A stretch of 63,999 nt of DNA, the filler included, from Basidiobolus ranarum (lineage: Eukaryota): the NCBI GenBank assembly GCA_040143965.1. It is 16 parts of 16 records of this genome, joined end to end, with 100 filler letters (N's around TTAATTAATTAA, not from the genome) between each part and the next. Parts side by side here need not be neighbours in the genome. Positions count along the whole stretch, not along the records: positions 24,148 to 28,067 come from JASJQH010002216.1; positions 28,168 to 32,081 come from JASJQH010002217.1; positions 32,182 to 36,095 come from JASJQH010002218.1; positions 36,196 to 40,106 come from JASJQH010002219.1; 12 more parts are not named here. One strand, 5' to 3'. Positions 24,148 to 37,651 of this stretch are shown one piece after another; position 1 is the first letter of the stretch; each line of letters begins with the position of its first letter. The position numbers and the translations under genes were made by a program. Under the pieces are notes generated by a model. That model ran no database searches and had not been told where the DNA came from. It saw nothing but the letters and a program-made list of their open reading frames with translations.

Positions 24148-26770
24148 TATCTTGTGTTTTTCTTAAATCTAACTTTTATCTTTAAAATTGTAATTATGCT
24201 TTTGCAAAAGGTTTGATTAAGGTGTTAGCACTCACTTTTTCAATAGGGCAATAGACAGGTGTAATTTCATCATTCTCTATGGCTTTTCAAACAAAATGAT
24301 GCTATCCATTGGTTTGACATGAGGCATTTTAGGCTGTATCTAAATTGAATCAGCATGAAAATTGGATTGGTTTTAGCTCTATTGCTTTGGATTCCAGTGA
24401 AACTACCTATTTCCCCTATATCATCATCTAAATTGGTTTGATTGCCAGCTTTAGTCAGATTAAATGCTTGTAGATCATTTGTGGCAATGATCAAATCATT
24501 CACATAGAGTCCCAAGATAAAGATCCTGTTTTTAGTTGTTTTCTTGAAAACATGGTTTCTGTACTGCATTTCTTGAGGTTCAATGCTTGCAAACAGGTAT
24601 TTATCTTTTTGTACCTTGCCTTGGGTGTTTGCTTGAGTCCATATAGCAATTTGTGCAGTTTGCAGACCATGTCAGGGTGTTTTGGGTCAATCACTTCATC
24701 TGGTTGCTCTGTATAGATCTCTTCTAAATTTCCTTTCAGAAACGCTGTTTTTACATTGTTTTGATGTAAATCAAGGTTGTGATTGGCTAAGAGTGCCAGG
24801 ATAGGTCCAATAGAGCCAAATGTAGCTACTGCAGCAAAGGTTCTGCGCCTGATTAACTTCTGACTGCTGGTTTCAGACAGTCTATAGGACTTAGATCCAT
24901 CATATTAACCAAGAAGTTTGCATTTACTGCTTTTGGTTTCCAAATTAGAGTGCTTGTGAGCTTGAATTTGGCAATATGCCATGTGACCAAGATTCTGAGA
25001 TAACCCACATTTAATTTTGATCCATATAGTGCATCAAATGGAATAGCATTTTGCAGCAGTCTTACAAGGCTTCTATTTCCAACATAATAGCAGTGAAGAT
25101 AGTGTCAGCCCAACATCAATCATATAGCAGTTAATCATATTCTCCACCATCATCACCTGTAACACTTTGATTTTTAGTGCTCATACTTCCTCTACAATTG
25201 CTTTGCAGTGCTTGAGTATAGATATGGTTCTAAATTTTGCTCTATTAATGAATACTCAAATCCATGTTGTTCTGTGATGAATAAAGGTCATAAAGTATCT
25301 TTTGCTACCTAGTGATATGTTTTCTAAGGGCCCACATGGATCCAAATGAATCAGGGTAATAATCTGAGTGGATTTGTCTCTCCAGACCATGAAAATGGCT
25401 GTCTGCAGTGTTTTGGTATATACAACCTTCACATAAATCTAATTTGGTGATATTTTCAATTTCCAAGCTCATTGCATGTTGATTTTGGATCATTTGGGCC
25501 AGTATTTGTTTCTAAATTTTGCAAAACTTTTTATGGCACATTTGACAGATCATTTTACTGGTTTTGGCCAAGTTTGCATGCTCAGAATATAGTTGTTAAT
25601 TTCTAGCTTGTATAAGTGATGAGTAGGATTTAAGTTTTGAACTCAGTAGCTTAATTGACATTAATCTGATTTATGACATTTCATCCAGCCTTGCTGAACA
25701 CAAAACTTAGTCCTTGAGTTGTTACTTGGCTGAATGAAAGTAGATTCTTGGCTTTATATGTATAGAGTACATCATCTAATTTTGCATACAATATAGCTGA
25801 ATTCCAGTCTAGATTGAGCACAACAGTGCCTTCACCAACTGCATCTAGTAACCAGTAGTCTCCTAAGTTGTTGTTACTTGTTTGGATGGGTTTAAGCTTG
25901 AAAACCGGTCTTTTGTGTTAGACATTTGCTAGGAAGCTGCTCAATCAATGTGCAATGTTTACAAGTCCTCCTTAGTGGTACTGACCGGGCACACACAAAT
26001 GGATGATCCTATTCAATACTTGATAGAATCACTTGTAGTGATTTTAGATTTCTGGTAAAAATTCTTTTTCTTCCATGTTTGATTAGTGGCCTGGTCAGTG
26101 GCAATACTTGCAGATGACTGATTTCCTATTAGGGGCACTAGTACTGAAGCCTGTTGCATGCTTTACAACTCCAAAAAATGCCTGATCTGTATTATTTTAT
26201 TCAGAATTAGATCTCCTTAGTTCCTAATTCAAAATCCTAGCTCCAACATATCCCATTATTAATGTCTCTGAACCTGTCACTAGGGCAATTATGAGGTTGG
26301 TAAACCCCCCTGGTAGGCTCCCAAGTAGTGTCATGACTATGTCATCTTCATACAGAGATACTCCAATTTTTAAGAGCTGATCTACTGCAGCTTGGATCCA
26401 ATTTCTAAGACTAGCCATGGATTTACCAGAACACATCTGAACTAAGTTACATCTGTGGTATAGCCTATTACCTAGAACTTTAGTCTTGTAAACCTCCTCA
26501 AGTGTTTTCTATGCATTTGGGACATTTTTGGCTGAGTGTATATACCTCAATGGAGAGTCACCCAGATGTGTACAAAGTGTGGAGAGTGCTTTTCTTGGCT
26601 TTGTGTAAAAGGCAAGGATAGCTTCTGGTGGTCCTGTTAACTCTATTTCTTTTCCCATAACAAATCCCCTAAGGTCTTTGTCTTCTAGCACCATTTGCAT
26701 CTTGAACTCGGGAAGACTACTATTACTCAATGAGGTTTTGAATCAAATTACCATCAGGATCATGATTGAC
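24148..26770 (-). mobile_element. Degenerate, internally deleted Ty1/Copia gag-pol
   Basis: Gag FKMQMVLEDKDL and LLGSLPGGFTNLIIAL, pre-integrase CEGCI, RT VCKLHKLLYGLKQTPK and LYVNDLII, in Copia domain order. Confidence 0.92.
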
Positions 26771-27157
26771 TCTGTAGCATCATGTGAGTTCACAACATCC
26801 AAGTTTATTAACAAACCCTGATCCAATTATGACCACAATTTCTACTGCAAATGAAACAGCACACTCAATATTTCAAGTTACAAGCCTTTGAAGATTCCTA
26901 TAGGAGTTTCCTAGGAAAACTTACAAGCTTACTCAATTGAGGGTTGTAACTTTGACTTAGTGCCTTGAAGTAGTTCAGAGTCAGTTCAGTTAAGCTGTCA
27001 GCAAGAATCAATTGATGCTTCAAATTGCTGTATTGCAGTGAAGGCGTCAAAGGATTTCCCATCTGCAATGACAAAAATGTTGCTGGATTATCTGGATGTA
27101 GCCATAAAGGAATGCTAGAGCTTTCACTTGCCTGAGAAGTAGACACAGGCAACAGTG

Positions 27158-28067
27158 TGATTAAAGTGTTTAGGGGATTTGGAAGTGTTTTGGACCAAAT
27201 TTGCATTTGAGAATTAGACACTTAAGTTTTATTGAATTGGATATATCCTTTATGCAGTTTATTGTAAAACAGGACTATTGGACATGCTCAGATCATAACA
27301 AACATGCCTGTTAGGCATGGGTGAAAGGTTGAGGTGATTTGGAGAGGATTTGAGTAAATAGTTAAAATTGGTAAAAGTGTTTTAATTGATACTTCTATTG
27401 ATTAAACACACATTTTTTAATGGCATAATTGAGTGCTAAATAATCAGAATATGAGTAAATTAACTACTAAATAATGAGTTGCTATTTACATAATTTCTAC
27501 ATTCCCACTTGAATAATTTTTTTGTGCTTCTACTGAACCTAACTTTTATCTTAGTAATTCAAATTGTGCTTCTGCTGAAGGTTTGGTTAAGATGTCAGCA
27601 ATCATTTCTTCAGTAGGCAATAGACTAGCTAAATTATATCATTCTTTATTGCTTCTCCAACAAAATGATGCCTAATATCTGTATGTTTGTTCTGGCATGA
27701 AATGTAGGTTTTTAGCTAATGAAATACAACTTTGATTATCTTCATATACATTAATAGCATGTTTTTGCAAGTATCCTATGTCTGTAAATAACTGCCTTAA
27801 ACACATAGCTTCTTTTGTAGTAGCAGAAGCAGCCATCTACTCTGCTTTGGTAGTGAAAAGTGCTATGGTTGGTTGCTTCTTACTATTCCAAGTTATGGCT
27901 CCTTTACCATACACTGGCCAAATCAGATGAAATTTTGATTTTTTTCACATTGGGTTCCATTAGTGTTGAAACATGCCTGCTATTCTCCATGCTGAAGCAT
28001 TGTAGGATGTCTAGGAAGTATCTAGACTGATTCAGCATGATTTTCTGATTGGGTTTATCTCTCTTGA
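27158..28067 (-). mobile_element. Copia 3' end: RT/RNase H remnant, PPT and family 2 LTR (27158-27501)
   Basis: LTR begins TGTAGAAATT after AAGTGGGAA and is homologous to 21656-22005. EMIADILTKP motif present. Confidence 0.88.
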
Positions 28068-30172
28068 NNNNNNNNNNNNNNNNNNNNNNNNNNNNNNNNN
28101 NNNNNNNNNNNTTAATTAATTAANNNNNNNNNNNNNNNNNNNNNNNNNNNNNNNNNNNNNNNNNNNNTCCCCCGCTATTATCGGAGATTTATATTTGTTT
28201 ACTTATAAAACCTAGATAAAATGAATGTCACGCACACTCACATATAAAGTTAGCTATAGAGTTAAGTATTCTAGAATATTAACTGAGAGTGCATGGAGAG
28301 CAATAAAGCGGGGTACGTGGGAATTATTAGATATTTTTGGTGGTAGTTTGTTGATCGATGTTGCATAGTATTTATATAAAGCGATAATAGCGGTATTAAT
28401 GTATCTAAATCATAATTATAACAAGAGATGTAAGTCGCTGTGATTCATTCAAATATTCAACAAGATTTCCCTCAGACATCTCTAATTGAATCAAAATCCA
28501 ATGACTAATCCACTTTCCATCAAAGGAACCATATACACTGATTAAGTTGAAACATATTCAATAAGTGAGACCGTTAAAAAAAGGTTTAAATATAGGGTAA
28601 ACTTCGTTACCCTGTCACCAATCTGGCATCGTATGTGCAACTGCTAATGTATTCTCCTACGTGGATCGCAATGGTATTCATTCGTAACAGAAGCAATCAC
28701 TACTCCATCATTTAAGATATGAATATCGTGTCAATTTTCCTGCTGTCTCGGAGAGATTTTGTTACGGAGTGCTCCGCTCAAAAGGACTTCATTTGCTGTA
28801 GGAAATGAAGACCCGAAGTTTGTATGTAGAATACTGAGATTTGGGTGTTTGAGATCATGTCATGTTATTGGTTATTTACTGACCACATGTTCCTCTGGTA
28901 GGCTTAACTGATCATATGCGAGGCCGATATTCACGCGGCCACCACTCAAGGGCCGATTTGTGACCATTTCTTCAATCTAAGCAAGCTGCCACAATGTATT
29001 ATTCTTATCCAATACAGATGGGCTACTCTGAATGGGCACTGGGTGAACAGTGCAGCACCACCACACACGATTTTCACTATCAATAGAAGCTTGAAGCTAC
29101 TTGATTTGTTTCCCTTGATCAGGTATGCTGTGCGTGATCTACAATGCTTGTTACGCCGGCATCGATGGCCTCTCACAGTCCCATGAGCTGACCTATGTAG
29201 ACATCGTCAGCATTCAATATTTGTGAAGTTGGACCAAGTTCACCAAAGCTGTACATATATTGACCCAGAGTGGCATTTTCCCCCTGTGTACGGAGCGCAG
29301 TCTGCCAACTATGACGATGAGTATCAAAATTCGGCCTGTGACATTGACGATTTCGGTGTAGAGAGGGATATTCGTGAGAGTGACGCCAATTTTGGTTATA
29401 GTATTATTGATAATTAGTAGAGAAGTCGTTGTCTCATTGTCAGTAATGAATGTTCCCCTTGAAGAAGGATAGCGGTGTTGGTGGAGTTCTCGGATAATTC
29501 TTGTTTCTTGAGGATTGGAGAAGCCAGAATTGCTTTAGAAAGAAACGCTAATATTAATTGAAGCACGGCTAGTATTCTAAGCATTTGATCAATATTTCAC
29601 GGAAATATTATTGAGATTGGGCAATCACTTGGCACTAAACGAAATTGTATGCACGTATACCTGTATCTATAGAGATGTACCTAAGAGTGCTCAAATTCCT
29701 AGTGAATTTTGTCGGAAAGGCACTTGACTGACAAGGTTAAGTAATAGGATAAATTTCACCACTTAAATTTATACCGGAAATAAATCGTTCCAGAATAGAT
29801 TATTCCATTATAGTTGGGCTATCATCCAACAGGTCGACCCATGTTTAGAAGCATTAATAATTAGGAATTCGAGAACACCTTGTATAGAAATTGATTCTAA
29901 ACGTTAAAGTTATTTTAAATCCTCTCCTCATTGGCAGTTTCCATATATGGTCACTCGGATTGAATTCATTTTCCCTTGAGGTTGAGATTCAACGTGGAAG
30001 TCAAGTCCCATACCTTCGATGAAATGCTCATATCTTAAAAGAAAAGGGTAGGCTGGGACCCGAATGGGAGTTAATGATTGGATTGAAAGTTGATATAAAA
30101 CCCACCCTTGAGCTATATAAGAAGTTATCACGTCTGAACAGCATAAGTATTCGACAATAACATATACTCAGT

Positions 30173-30702
30173 ATGGTTAAATTCACCTCAATTCTTTCCT
30201 GCGCTATCCTTGGAGTGATCACCTTGATTCCAACGTTCGAAGCCTTCCGGTATCAACCAAAGAGACTGGTAAAGCTGCACAACATTCCCAGGTCAATCAA
30301 GTGAAGAGTAAGTTGGGAAGTATTACAAACTTTGCTTCGTGCTCACTAGATCATCGCTACAATAATGGTGAATGCACCGATTGAGCTGATGCTCGCTATT
30401 ACCAACTCTCCTGCCACCATACTTCTTGGATGGGTGATGCTCGTACCTGGGCCAGCAGTGCCCGAGGTGCTAGTGGCTGGATAGTTTCCAGTCAACCACG
30501 AGTTCCCTCCATCATTGTGATTCAACTCGGGTATCAAGGTTGTGGGGCCACTGGACATGTTGGTGTTGTTGAGCGAATCAACAGTGATGGCAGTGTATAC
30601 ACAAGCAATTGGAACTACGAGTTCAATGGTAAAGGAGGACTATACACCACATCCTACGGCAACTTCAACACTGGCAGTGGAGTTTCATTCATCTGGTATT
30701 AG
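30173..30702 (+). pseudogene. Divergent secreted CHAP-domain paralog, pseudogene
   Basis: MVKFTS... start, frameshift near 30225, GECTD*ADARYYQL with TGA at 30382-30384, intact GHVGVVE...GVSFIWY*. Confidence 0.88.
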
Positions 30703-31037
30703 CAGAGTGGGTTAGGTTTAGGATCTCATAACCATTTAGACGTATAGAAAATACCTTACGATTCAGGAAAGCAATTAATTTTATTCCCTCACTTCTAGAC
30801 CCCGTACTCTTCGAAATCATATGAATGATCCCTCAGTATCAATAAGCCACTTAATTACTAATATGCAATACGAAAGGATTCTGAGGCAATGTTTAAATTC
30901 CAATATGAGAAGTCTACCTACGTGATCATAGACTCCTGCTGTTAGGTAATTATATTTGTTACATATTTTGTTGACAAGGGTTTAATTCAGAGGTAAACTA
31001 CAACAGTACAGTACACTTTTGTGACCACGGATTCTGT

Positions 31038-31609
31038 TTAATGTTGATTTCCAATCTTTGAACGCCATGTATGGGATCGCTCGAAGCCATTGATTCTCAT
31101 GCGATAGTCAGTAAACGTGCGCTGAAAGGCGCTCGCGTGATTCATGGAAAATGGCTCGTATTGAACAATTGGTTTCTTAATTGGTTCACCAGCCACAAGA
31201 ATAAAATGGACCGCCTTCTCCTTGGTCTCTATGCCAACTGCACCGCTAATGTGTAAAATTGGAACCAAAGTTGCGCTCCCCTTCCAGAATATACAAGCCT
31301 TGGTAACTCTCGGGAATGATTTGTTCAAAAATTGGAATTCTTCTCACCCTTAGAGGTTAGATATATGGTAAATGCCTTGGTGACTACAGGACTACTGACT
31401 CCAAAAGACTGACCAGTAATCACTTTATTCACTGCATTGACCCCCGGTGCGGATATTCTTGTAATTTCCTTGTCCAATAAATTCTTCCAGCATTAGGAAA
31501 GGGTCGAAATTTTTGAGTGCGCTAGTTCCAATCCTCCTAACTCGTGACTCGTTCTCAAATTGATATACCTGTTTACGAATGCAATTCTGCTTTGAACCTA
31601 TTGACGCAT
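31038..31609 (-). pseudogene. Pirin pseudogene with internal deletions
   Basis: N-terminal RVRRIGTSALKNFDPFLMLEEF and C-terminal HFILVAGEPIKKPIVQYEPF...NGFERSHTWRSKIG remain. The HPH iron-binding segment is absent. Confidence 0.8.
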
Positions 31610-32181
31610 TCGGAACTGATGATCTATCTATGCTCCTGTAAGTACACTTAGCACTATGATAGGTGTGAAGCTACTATTGTCCACAATTCTACAGAGTGGA
31701 CGCCGTATTCTATTGTACTATTACTATATTTTTTAATCATTCATGTGATGGAAATATGAAGCAAATCACCGTTAGTTGAATCAATCATTGTTAGTCACAA
31801 TGCCTTAGAGAAGGTGAAGATTAATTGATAAAACTCTTGTTCATGAACCAAATAAATGCTGCAATTGATTTTCATTTGATTCCCAAAAATATATCTGACT
31901 CGATTTTCTTGAAATATGTTGTACTTTTAATTATGACGTAGCCCAACTCTATGCAAGTACACTTAGTTTGGCCTTCCTCATAACACACTAAGCGACTACC
32001 TAACAAATTGACTAGCCTAAAGGCTGCTGTATTCTAGAGTCGTCCACATGACTTTACATTTAACCGAATTTTTTTTCAGTTNNNNNNNNNNNNNNNNNNN
32101 NNNNNNNNNNNNNNNNNNNNNNNNNTTAATTAATTAANNNNNNNNNNNNNNNNNNNNNNNNNNNNNNNNNNNNNNNNNNNN

Positions 32182-32224
32182 CCTAGTCCTAATCCTAGTC
32201 CTAATCCTAGTCCTAACCCTAGTC
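32182..32224 (+). repeat. (CCTAGTCCTAAT)n 12-bp tandem repeat at contig start
   Basis: About 3.5 units read directly. Confidence 0.85.
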
Positions 32225-32515
32225 TTGCTATATTTAAAGTTGCCTCTATCATTTAACAAGGAGGTAGTAAGGAGTAATGACATACATGACAAATACGATG
32301 CATTGATTTAAGGTGAATGATGATTAATCATCCGTGCAACGCATGTTACCTACATTTCAAATCAATCAATCATTTCTGGAGCTTATTAGGCCACAACTTG
32401 CTTTCACCAGTGTTTGTATCACTCTATCTGACTAATTCTGCCTCAAAAGATACATGTATATAACGGTTCAGTAGCCTACGATATATGCATAAACCATAAA
32501 AATTCATTGCAGAAA

Positions 32516-33489
32516 ATGTCTTCTACAAACTCTTCCTATAGCGCGCCACTTATGTGTGTTGTATGCGGCACTCAGTTCCCGTCCTCAACACAAGAAGTAT
32601 GCCCCATCTGTCTGGATGAGCGTCAGTATGTGCCTGTGTCTGGTCAAAAGTGGACCACCTTACAAGAACTCCAAGCCACTCATCATAATGAGCTGATTCC
32701 TTTTACTAATGATGAACGCATCTACAGTATCTTCTCTTTGCCCACATTTGCAATTGGACAACGGGGGATATTGATCCGTACCCCGAAGGGTAACATTTTA
32801 TGGGATTGTATCTCCTTGATCGACGATGATACAGTCAGTACAATTCAAGCGCTGGGTGGACTAAAAGCCATTGCAATCTCTCATCCTCATTATTATTCAA
32901 GGTAAAGGATATTTAAAGTAGCTTTGAGATACAAAAAATGAGCATAAATTAACTTGTCCATCATTTAGCATGGTTGAGTGGAGTAAAGCGTTCAACGACA
33001 TCCCCGTATATGTTCATAAAGCTGACGAAGAGTGGATTATGAATCCTGACAAACGTTTGTCCATTTGGGGGGGAGATTCCTTGGATCTTTTAGACGGCGA
33101 GGTAAAAGTCGTTCGCTGTGGAGGCCATTTTGATGGCTCATGCGTTATGAATTGGGAAAATAGTAAGTGTTATTTGACTGTGACGTGATCTTCAATCTCT
33201 AATCAAAGATTTTTGAATAGAGCTATTCGTTGGTGACACCATTAAGGTTCTGCCTGATCGAAACTTTGTCAGCTTCATGTGGTCTTATCCTAATTTGGTC
33301 CCACTTGCTCCTGCAGCAATTAATCAGATATGGGAGGCTGTCAAGCCCCTCAAGTTTGATGAGATGTATAGCGCCTGGGTTGGTGATGATGTGTTCCATA
33401 ACGCTCGTGAAATAGTCTTGAAGTCTGCTCAACGTTACGTCAAAGCTGAAGATTACCATAACGAAGCAATTCTTTTAGAGAAAGCATAA
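32516..33489 (+). CDS. Metallo-beta-lactamase-fold hydrolase (YmaE-like) with N-terminal CxxC pairs, exons 32516-32901, 32969-33162, 33221-33489
   Basis: CVVCGTQF, CPICLDERQYV, ISHPHYYS, GGHF, GD and SFMWSYPN motifs. Two GT-AG introns restore the frame. Confidence 0.9.
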
Positions 33490-33849
33490 GAGAACGCTGC
33501 ATGCACATGCTTTGAATATATATCTGAAATAATCCAGATTATTACTGGAATAGGAGACACGTACAATTGTAATCTTCCAAAAACCAAAAATAAACCATCT
33601 GAGAATGACATGTAAACCTACTTACTGACAGCGGATCAGCTTTCTGAAATAAGTGCATATGATGATTGAATTGTTTTGATTCGGATTAGATGACATATTT
33701 CTATCCATGAAATAATTCTCTTTCATATACTATGGTGGTCATCTGGGATACCGTACGAATGTATTCATTACAAAACCTGCTCTATGTAATAAATACTGTA
33801 TTTCAAACTAATCACAGAGCGGAATAAATCTTCAAAATAGTTTGTATGT

Positions 33850-33931
33850 GATGAGATGCTCGAGTGGTCTAAGGTGTTGTGTTCAGTTCACAATCTCTTC
33901 AGGGGCATAGGTTGGAATCCCATTTTCATCA
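33850..33931 (+). pseudogene. Decayed tRNA-Leu(CAG)
   Basis: 82-nt cloverleaf with paired acceptor and anticodon stems (TTGTG-TT-CAG-TT-CACAA), but T loop is TTGGAAT, position 37 is T and the T stem has a mismatch. Confidence 0.75.
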
Positions 33932-35762
33932 TTTTAATATTTCACATCAGTCACATTCAACATGAAGTTAAGTACGGAATTTTAACTTCATTTGTCGTGT
34001 GTGCAGTTCTACATGCTCCTCAAAGGATATTAGTCAGAGTTTGAGATGATGGAAGAAAGAATGGGAGTTTGCCTTCGTTTCAGTATAACGATACCCCTAA
34101 AGCTTCAATTCAATCTCGAATGACTGCTAGCTAATTAAATAGAAGTTTGTTTTATTTGTGTTCCAATTTGTAAATCATAGTTTGTGTCGCTTCAATTTGG
34201 CATTCCAAACTCATTTCTCATATACAATTATGTTATATAGATTCAGAATGACAAGTATTATAACATGAAAATTTAAACTGCTTGTACTCAAACTCTAGAA
34301 AACACTCAGTATAACTTGAAGAATAGTCGAGGTGTATGAAGTGTCAGAGGTTCCAAAGCACTTGACGGTAGTTCCAGCACGATTTTAACAATATATTGAT
34401 AATTTCAGTGAGAAATATATAAAATACCAGCGAGTGAAAATTGCATCACATGAGGAATCAAGCTGACCGTCGTACAGTAATATCTTGCCATCATACACAC
34501 TAAGTATATTCATCTACCTCCAAAAACTATCAGAATTTATGCATTCAGTAGTTTCGTTATGCATTCAGTAGTTTCGTGTCCTAGATAATCCTAAATACCA
34601 AGTTATTCATGTGATTGGACTTATATATGGAATAGTCAATACCAGCACAAAGAAAGTCAAGAGTACATAGATTTATACATATACAAGCAACCAGGTAGCG
34701 TTTTCTCTTACTAGTGCATATAATCAAATCCGTTGCTCTTCAGAAATTGGAGCAAAATGTAGCAAAAATGTTGCTGTGATGATAGATAGATCTTAGCACG
34801 TGGTCTGAATTATTAAGTGTACTATTTAACTTATTCAATATTGCACTAATACACAAGGAAGTCGGAATACAGTAAATTTCGACAGATATACATAATGGAT
34901 ACAGTAAACTTCGACTCTATTAATCTCTCGAGTCTAGTTAATTTTATCCATATTTACTTCAATTTGTTACTCGTTTTTATCTTATATCTGCAAAACTGGT
35001 CATTCAGGAATTGGGGCTAGGACTATATCTGTCAATCCAAAGTAGATGTGTGGCTAATGCCATTCATAGAAATGTTTGCTTAAGAGCCCGCCACCAGTTT
35101 GATTGAATTCTTTTTACCATTTGTCAGTGTTTCCGGGAAATTGAATAATTGGCTTACTCTCAACAAATAAGCCAGTACTCTCCGTGAAACTCTTCTAATA
35201 GGGTTACAAGTGTCATTGGTCCGTAGTTGTAACAATACATAAGGTTCCCTCCTCAAACTTCATTATACCCCACTCCAATCATGTAGGTCTCGTTGATTGC
35301 TCTTGCCTTCATATGGAATGCAAATTGTTCATAGAATACAAGCAATTGCCCATAAAGTAATGATCCTATCTTATATATTTCCATTTAACATAACCTAAAT
35401 GGTGACACCAAGAGTATGGACAGGAACCAAAAGAACGAGGTCCGTCGCGTGGGAACTGGAGATAAAGTAATAATACAAAATATTAAGGTAACCGTGGACT
35501 CTTCATATTGGCTTTATAACTTCATTGTTGTAACGGATTGGTCGGTACATGTAGTTTGAGTGAGCTAATTGAAATACTCAGTATAGAAAGCAGTTCTCAT
35601 TAGATGGAGTGAGTATACAAAAAAATAATTGACTCCGATTAGATGGTGAACTTTTAGTCATTAAGCAATTCACTTCCGTCCCCTCCTCCACAAAAGACGA
35701 AGTTTTTGTTAAGTATAAGAACATCAGGTGTGTATGATACAATATTATTATACCCATCAATC

Positions 35763-36095
35763 ATGATGTTCTCACTTTGTCATCTAATCATAACCTTCCT
35801 CGTCTTTGTGAAAGTTGCTCTTGCCTTTGATGCCAACACTCTCCTAGCCTTGGTGAATCAACAGCGTCAAAATGCAGGTGTTCCAGCATTGACCATTGAC
35901 CCAAGACTCACCGTGGCCGCTGAAAGGCATACTCTCTACCAAGCCGCTGTCCAGATGATGACCCACGACGAACCCAATAGATCACTAGGACAACGTATCA
36001 GCGAGATTGGCTATGGGTGGAGTAATATTGGAGAAAATGTGGCAGCGGGATTTGGTGACGAAGTGTCAGTAATGAATGCCTGGATGAACTCACCC
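35763..36095 (+). CDS. Secreted CAP/SCP-domain protein of the bacterial YkwD-like subtype (3' truncated)
   Basis: Signal peptide, LVNQQRQNAGVPAL, AAERH, MTHD, GENVAAG and AWMNSP. Confidence 0.88.
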
Positions 36096-36661
36096 NNNNN
36101 NNNNNNNNNNNNNNNNNNNNNNNNNNNNNNNNNNNNNNNTTAATTAATTAANNNNNNNNNNNNNNNNNNNNNNNNNNNNNNNNNNNNNNNNNNNNCCTTC
36201 TTTGATACATTTTACCTATACATAGATAATAAGTACCTGCAATATTAACTGTCTTTCTTAAGGCCTTAGAGTTATGAAGTCTATTCAGTTCATTATTTAA
36301 TAGTTAGATAAATATATCACCCTTTTGATGACTTTTCCTCCAAAGGATATTTATGCCTAATGATATATATAATATAGAGTTTCAGATTTCAATCATACTA
36401 ACTCTATTTATAACATATATATCATAGTGCCCCATTACTAAGTTTGAAAGACAAGTGTGGCTAGGAGATTAATCTTTATTCGAACACCGATGATTGTTAG
36501 ACTGCGGTATATGCTGGTGATTCCTGTGATCAGATATGTAGAAAAATAGCGATAGATTGGCTCTTGCAATTGCATAAACTACGGATTAGAATTTCCTTAT
36601 CCTAAAAGCAGTGTTTGCACCCATTCCCTTCTCATCAGCAATATTACTGTTACTAGTGATA

Positions 36662-37651
36662 ATGTCTACCCTTCGTCCATCTACTGATAATACATTGTCG
36701 TATGACAGCCAAGGGTCGACTTACGTTATTCATTATTTTCAAAACCATGGTATGACAGGAGCCATTAGGGCCTTGCTCTCTCTTGCCCTCAACAAAGACC
36801 AATGGTCTAACCAATTCCAAGACCCTGTGGTAGGTTTTGTTAGAACAGAGTAACAAGAATATATTTTTATCTTTCACGAACTACAACTCACTTAAATAAG
36901 ACTTGGTGGAATGACAAAGACAAGGCACCATGCGGGACACTACCTATTCTTTACGAGACAACTTCCACAGGAGAGGTAATATACATAATGAAAGATTTTT
37001 TAAAGGAAAACTGTACGAATAATACACTCTTATCTCCATTTTATCAGACAATTACAATCCCAGAGTCAGACGCTATTGAAAGGTACCTCGCTCGTAAATA
37101 TGGTTATATGGGGTCGACTCCTTGGGAAGAAACTTTGGTTAATATTTTCCATGCGCAAGCCATGACTGTATTGGTCAAATGGATCCAAAAAGTAGCTTGG
37201 GCGATTGAAGGGACGCGAGAACAAGCGATGGAATCTTTTTTAAAGGTTACTCTTCGGGAATGGATTAATACTTGCGAGAAACAGCTGAGGCACAATGGCA
37301 GCAATGGGCATTTTGTGGGCGATATGGTATGTGAGGAATTTATTCGATTCACTACATAGATTGTGCAGTTAGTTGAACGAGAACTCATGATACTTTTTAT
37401 TGCAAAAGCTTACTCTGGCAGACATCAAGACTGCAACTGTACTCGATGTGTTCTTATCACTAGAATCGTCCAATATTCTAAATGCGGAGACTAGTCCGAA
37501 CCTATGGAAGCTAAAAGAAATGGTAGATTTGCAATCAAACTATGCAGCATATCGTCGCTCCGAAGAGTTCAAGACAATTGACAGCAATGCCAACGCATGC
37601 ATGGGTGGTTTGTTGCCATATGACGCAAAGAAAGCTCACATCTTTACTTAG
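36662..37651 (+). CDS. Glutathione S-transferase, exons 36662-36829, 36901-36975, 37048-37326, 37409-37651
   Basis: APCGTLPIL, IPESDAIERYLARKYG and HFVGDMLTLADI. Three GT-AG introns. Confidence 0.88.

Noticed and set aside
26898-27221. 107-aa ORF
   Set aside because: It begins inside an LTR and has no protein motif.
28900-29420. Coding-like stretch, including the ORF 29223-29417
   Set aside because: No recognisable motif and stops in all frames, so it cannot be assigned.
30382-30384. TGA at a conserved Trp as recoding or an alternative genetic code
   Set aside because: The same gene also has a frameshift, other Trp codons are TGG, and TGA terminates the CTK1-like gene.
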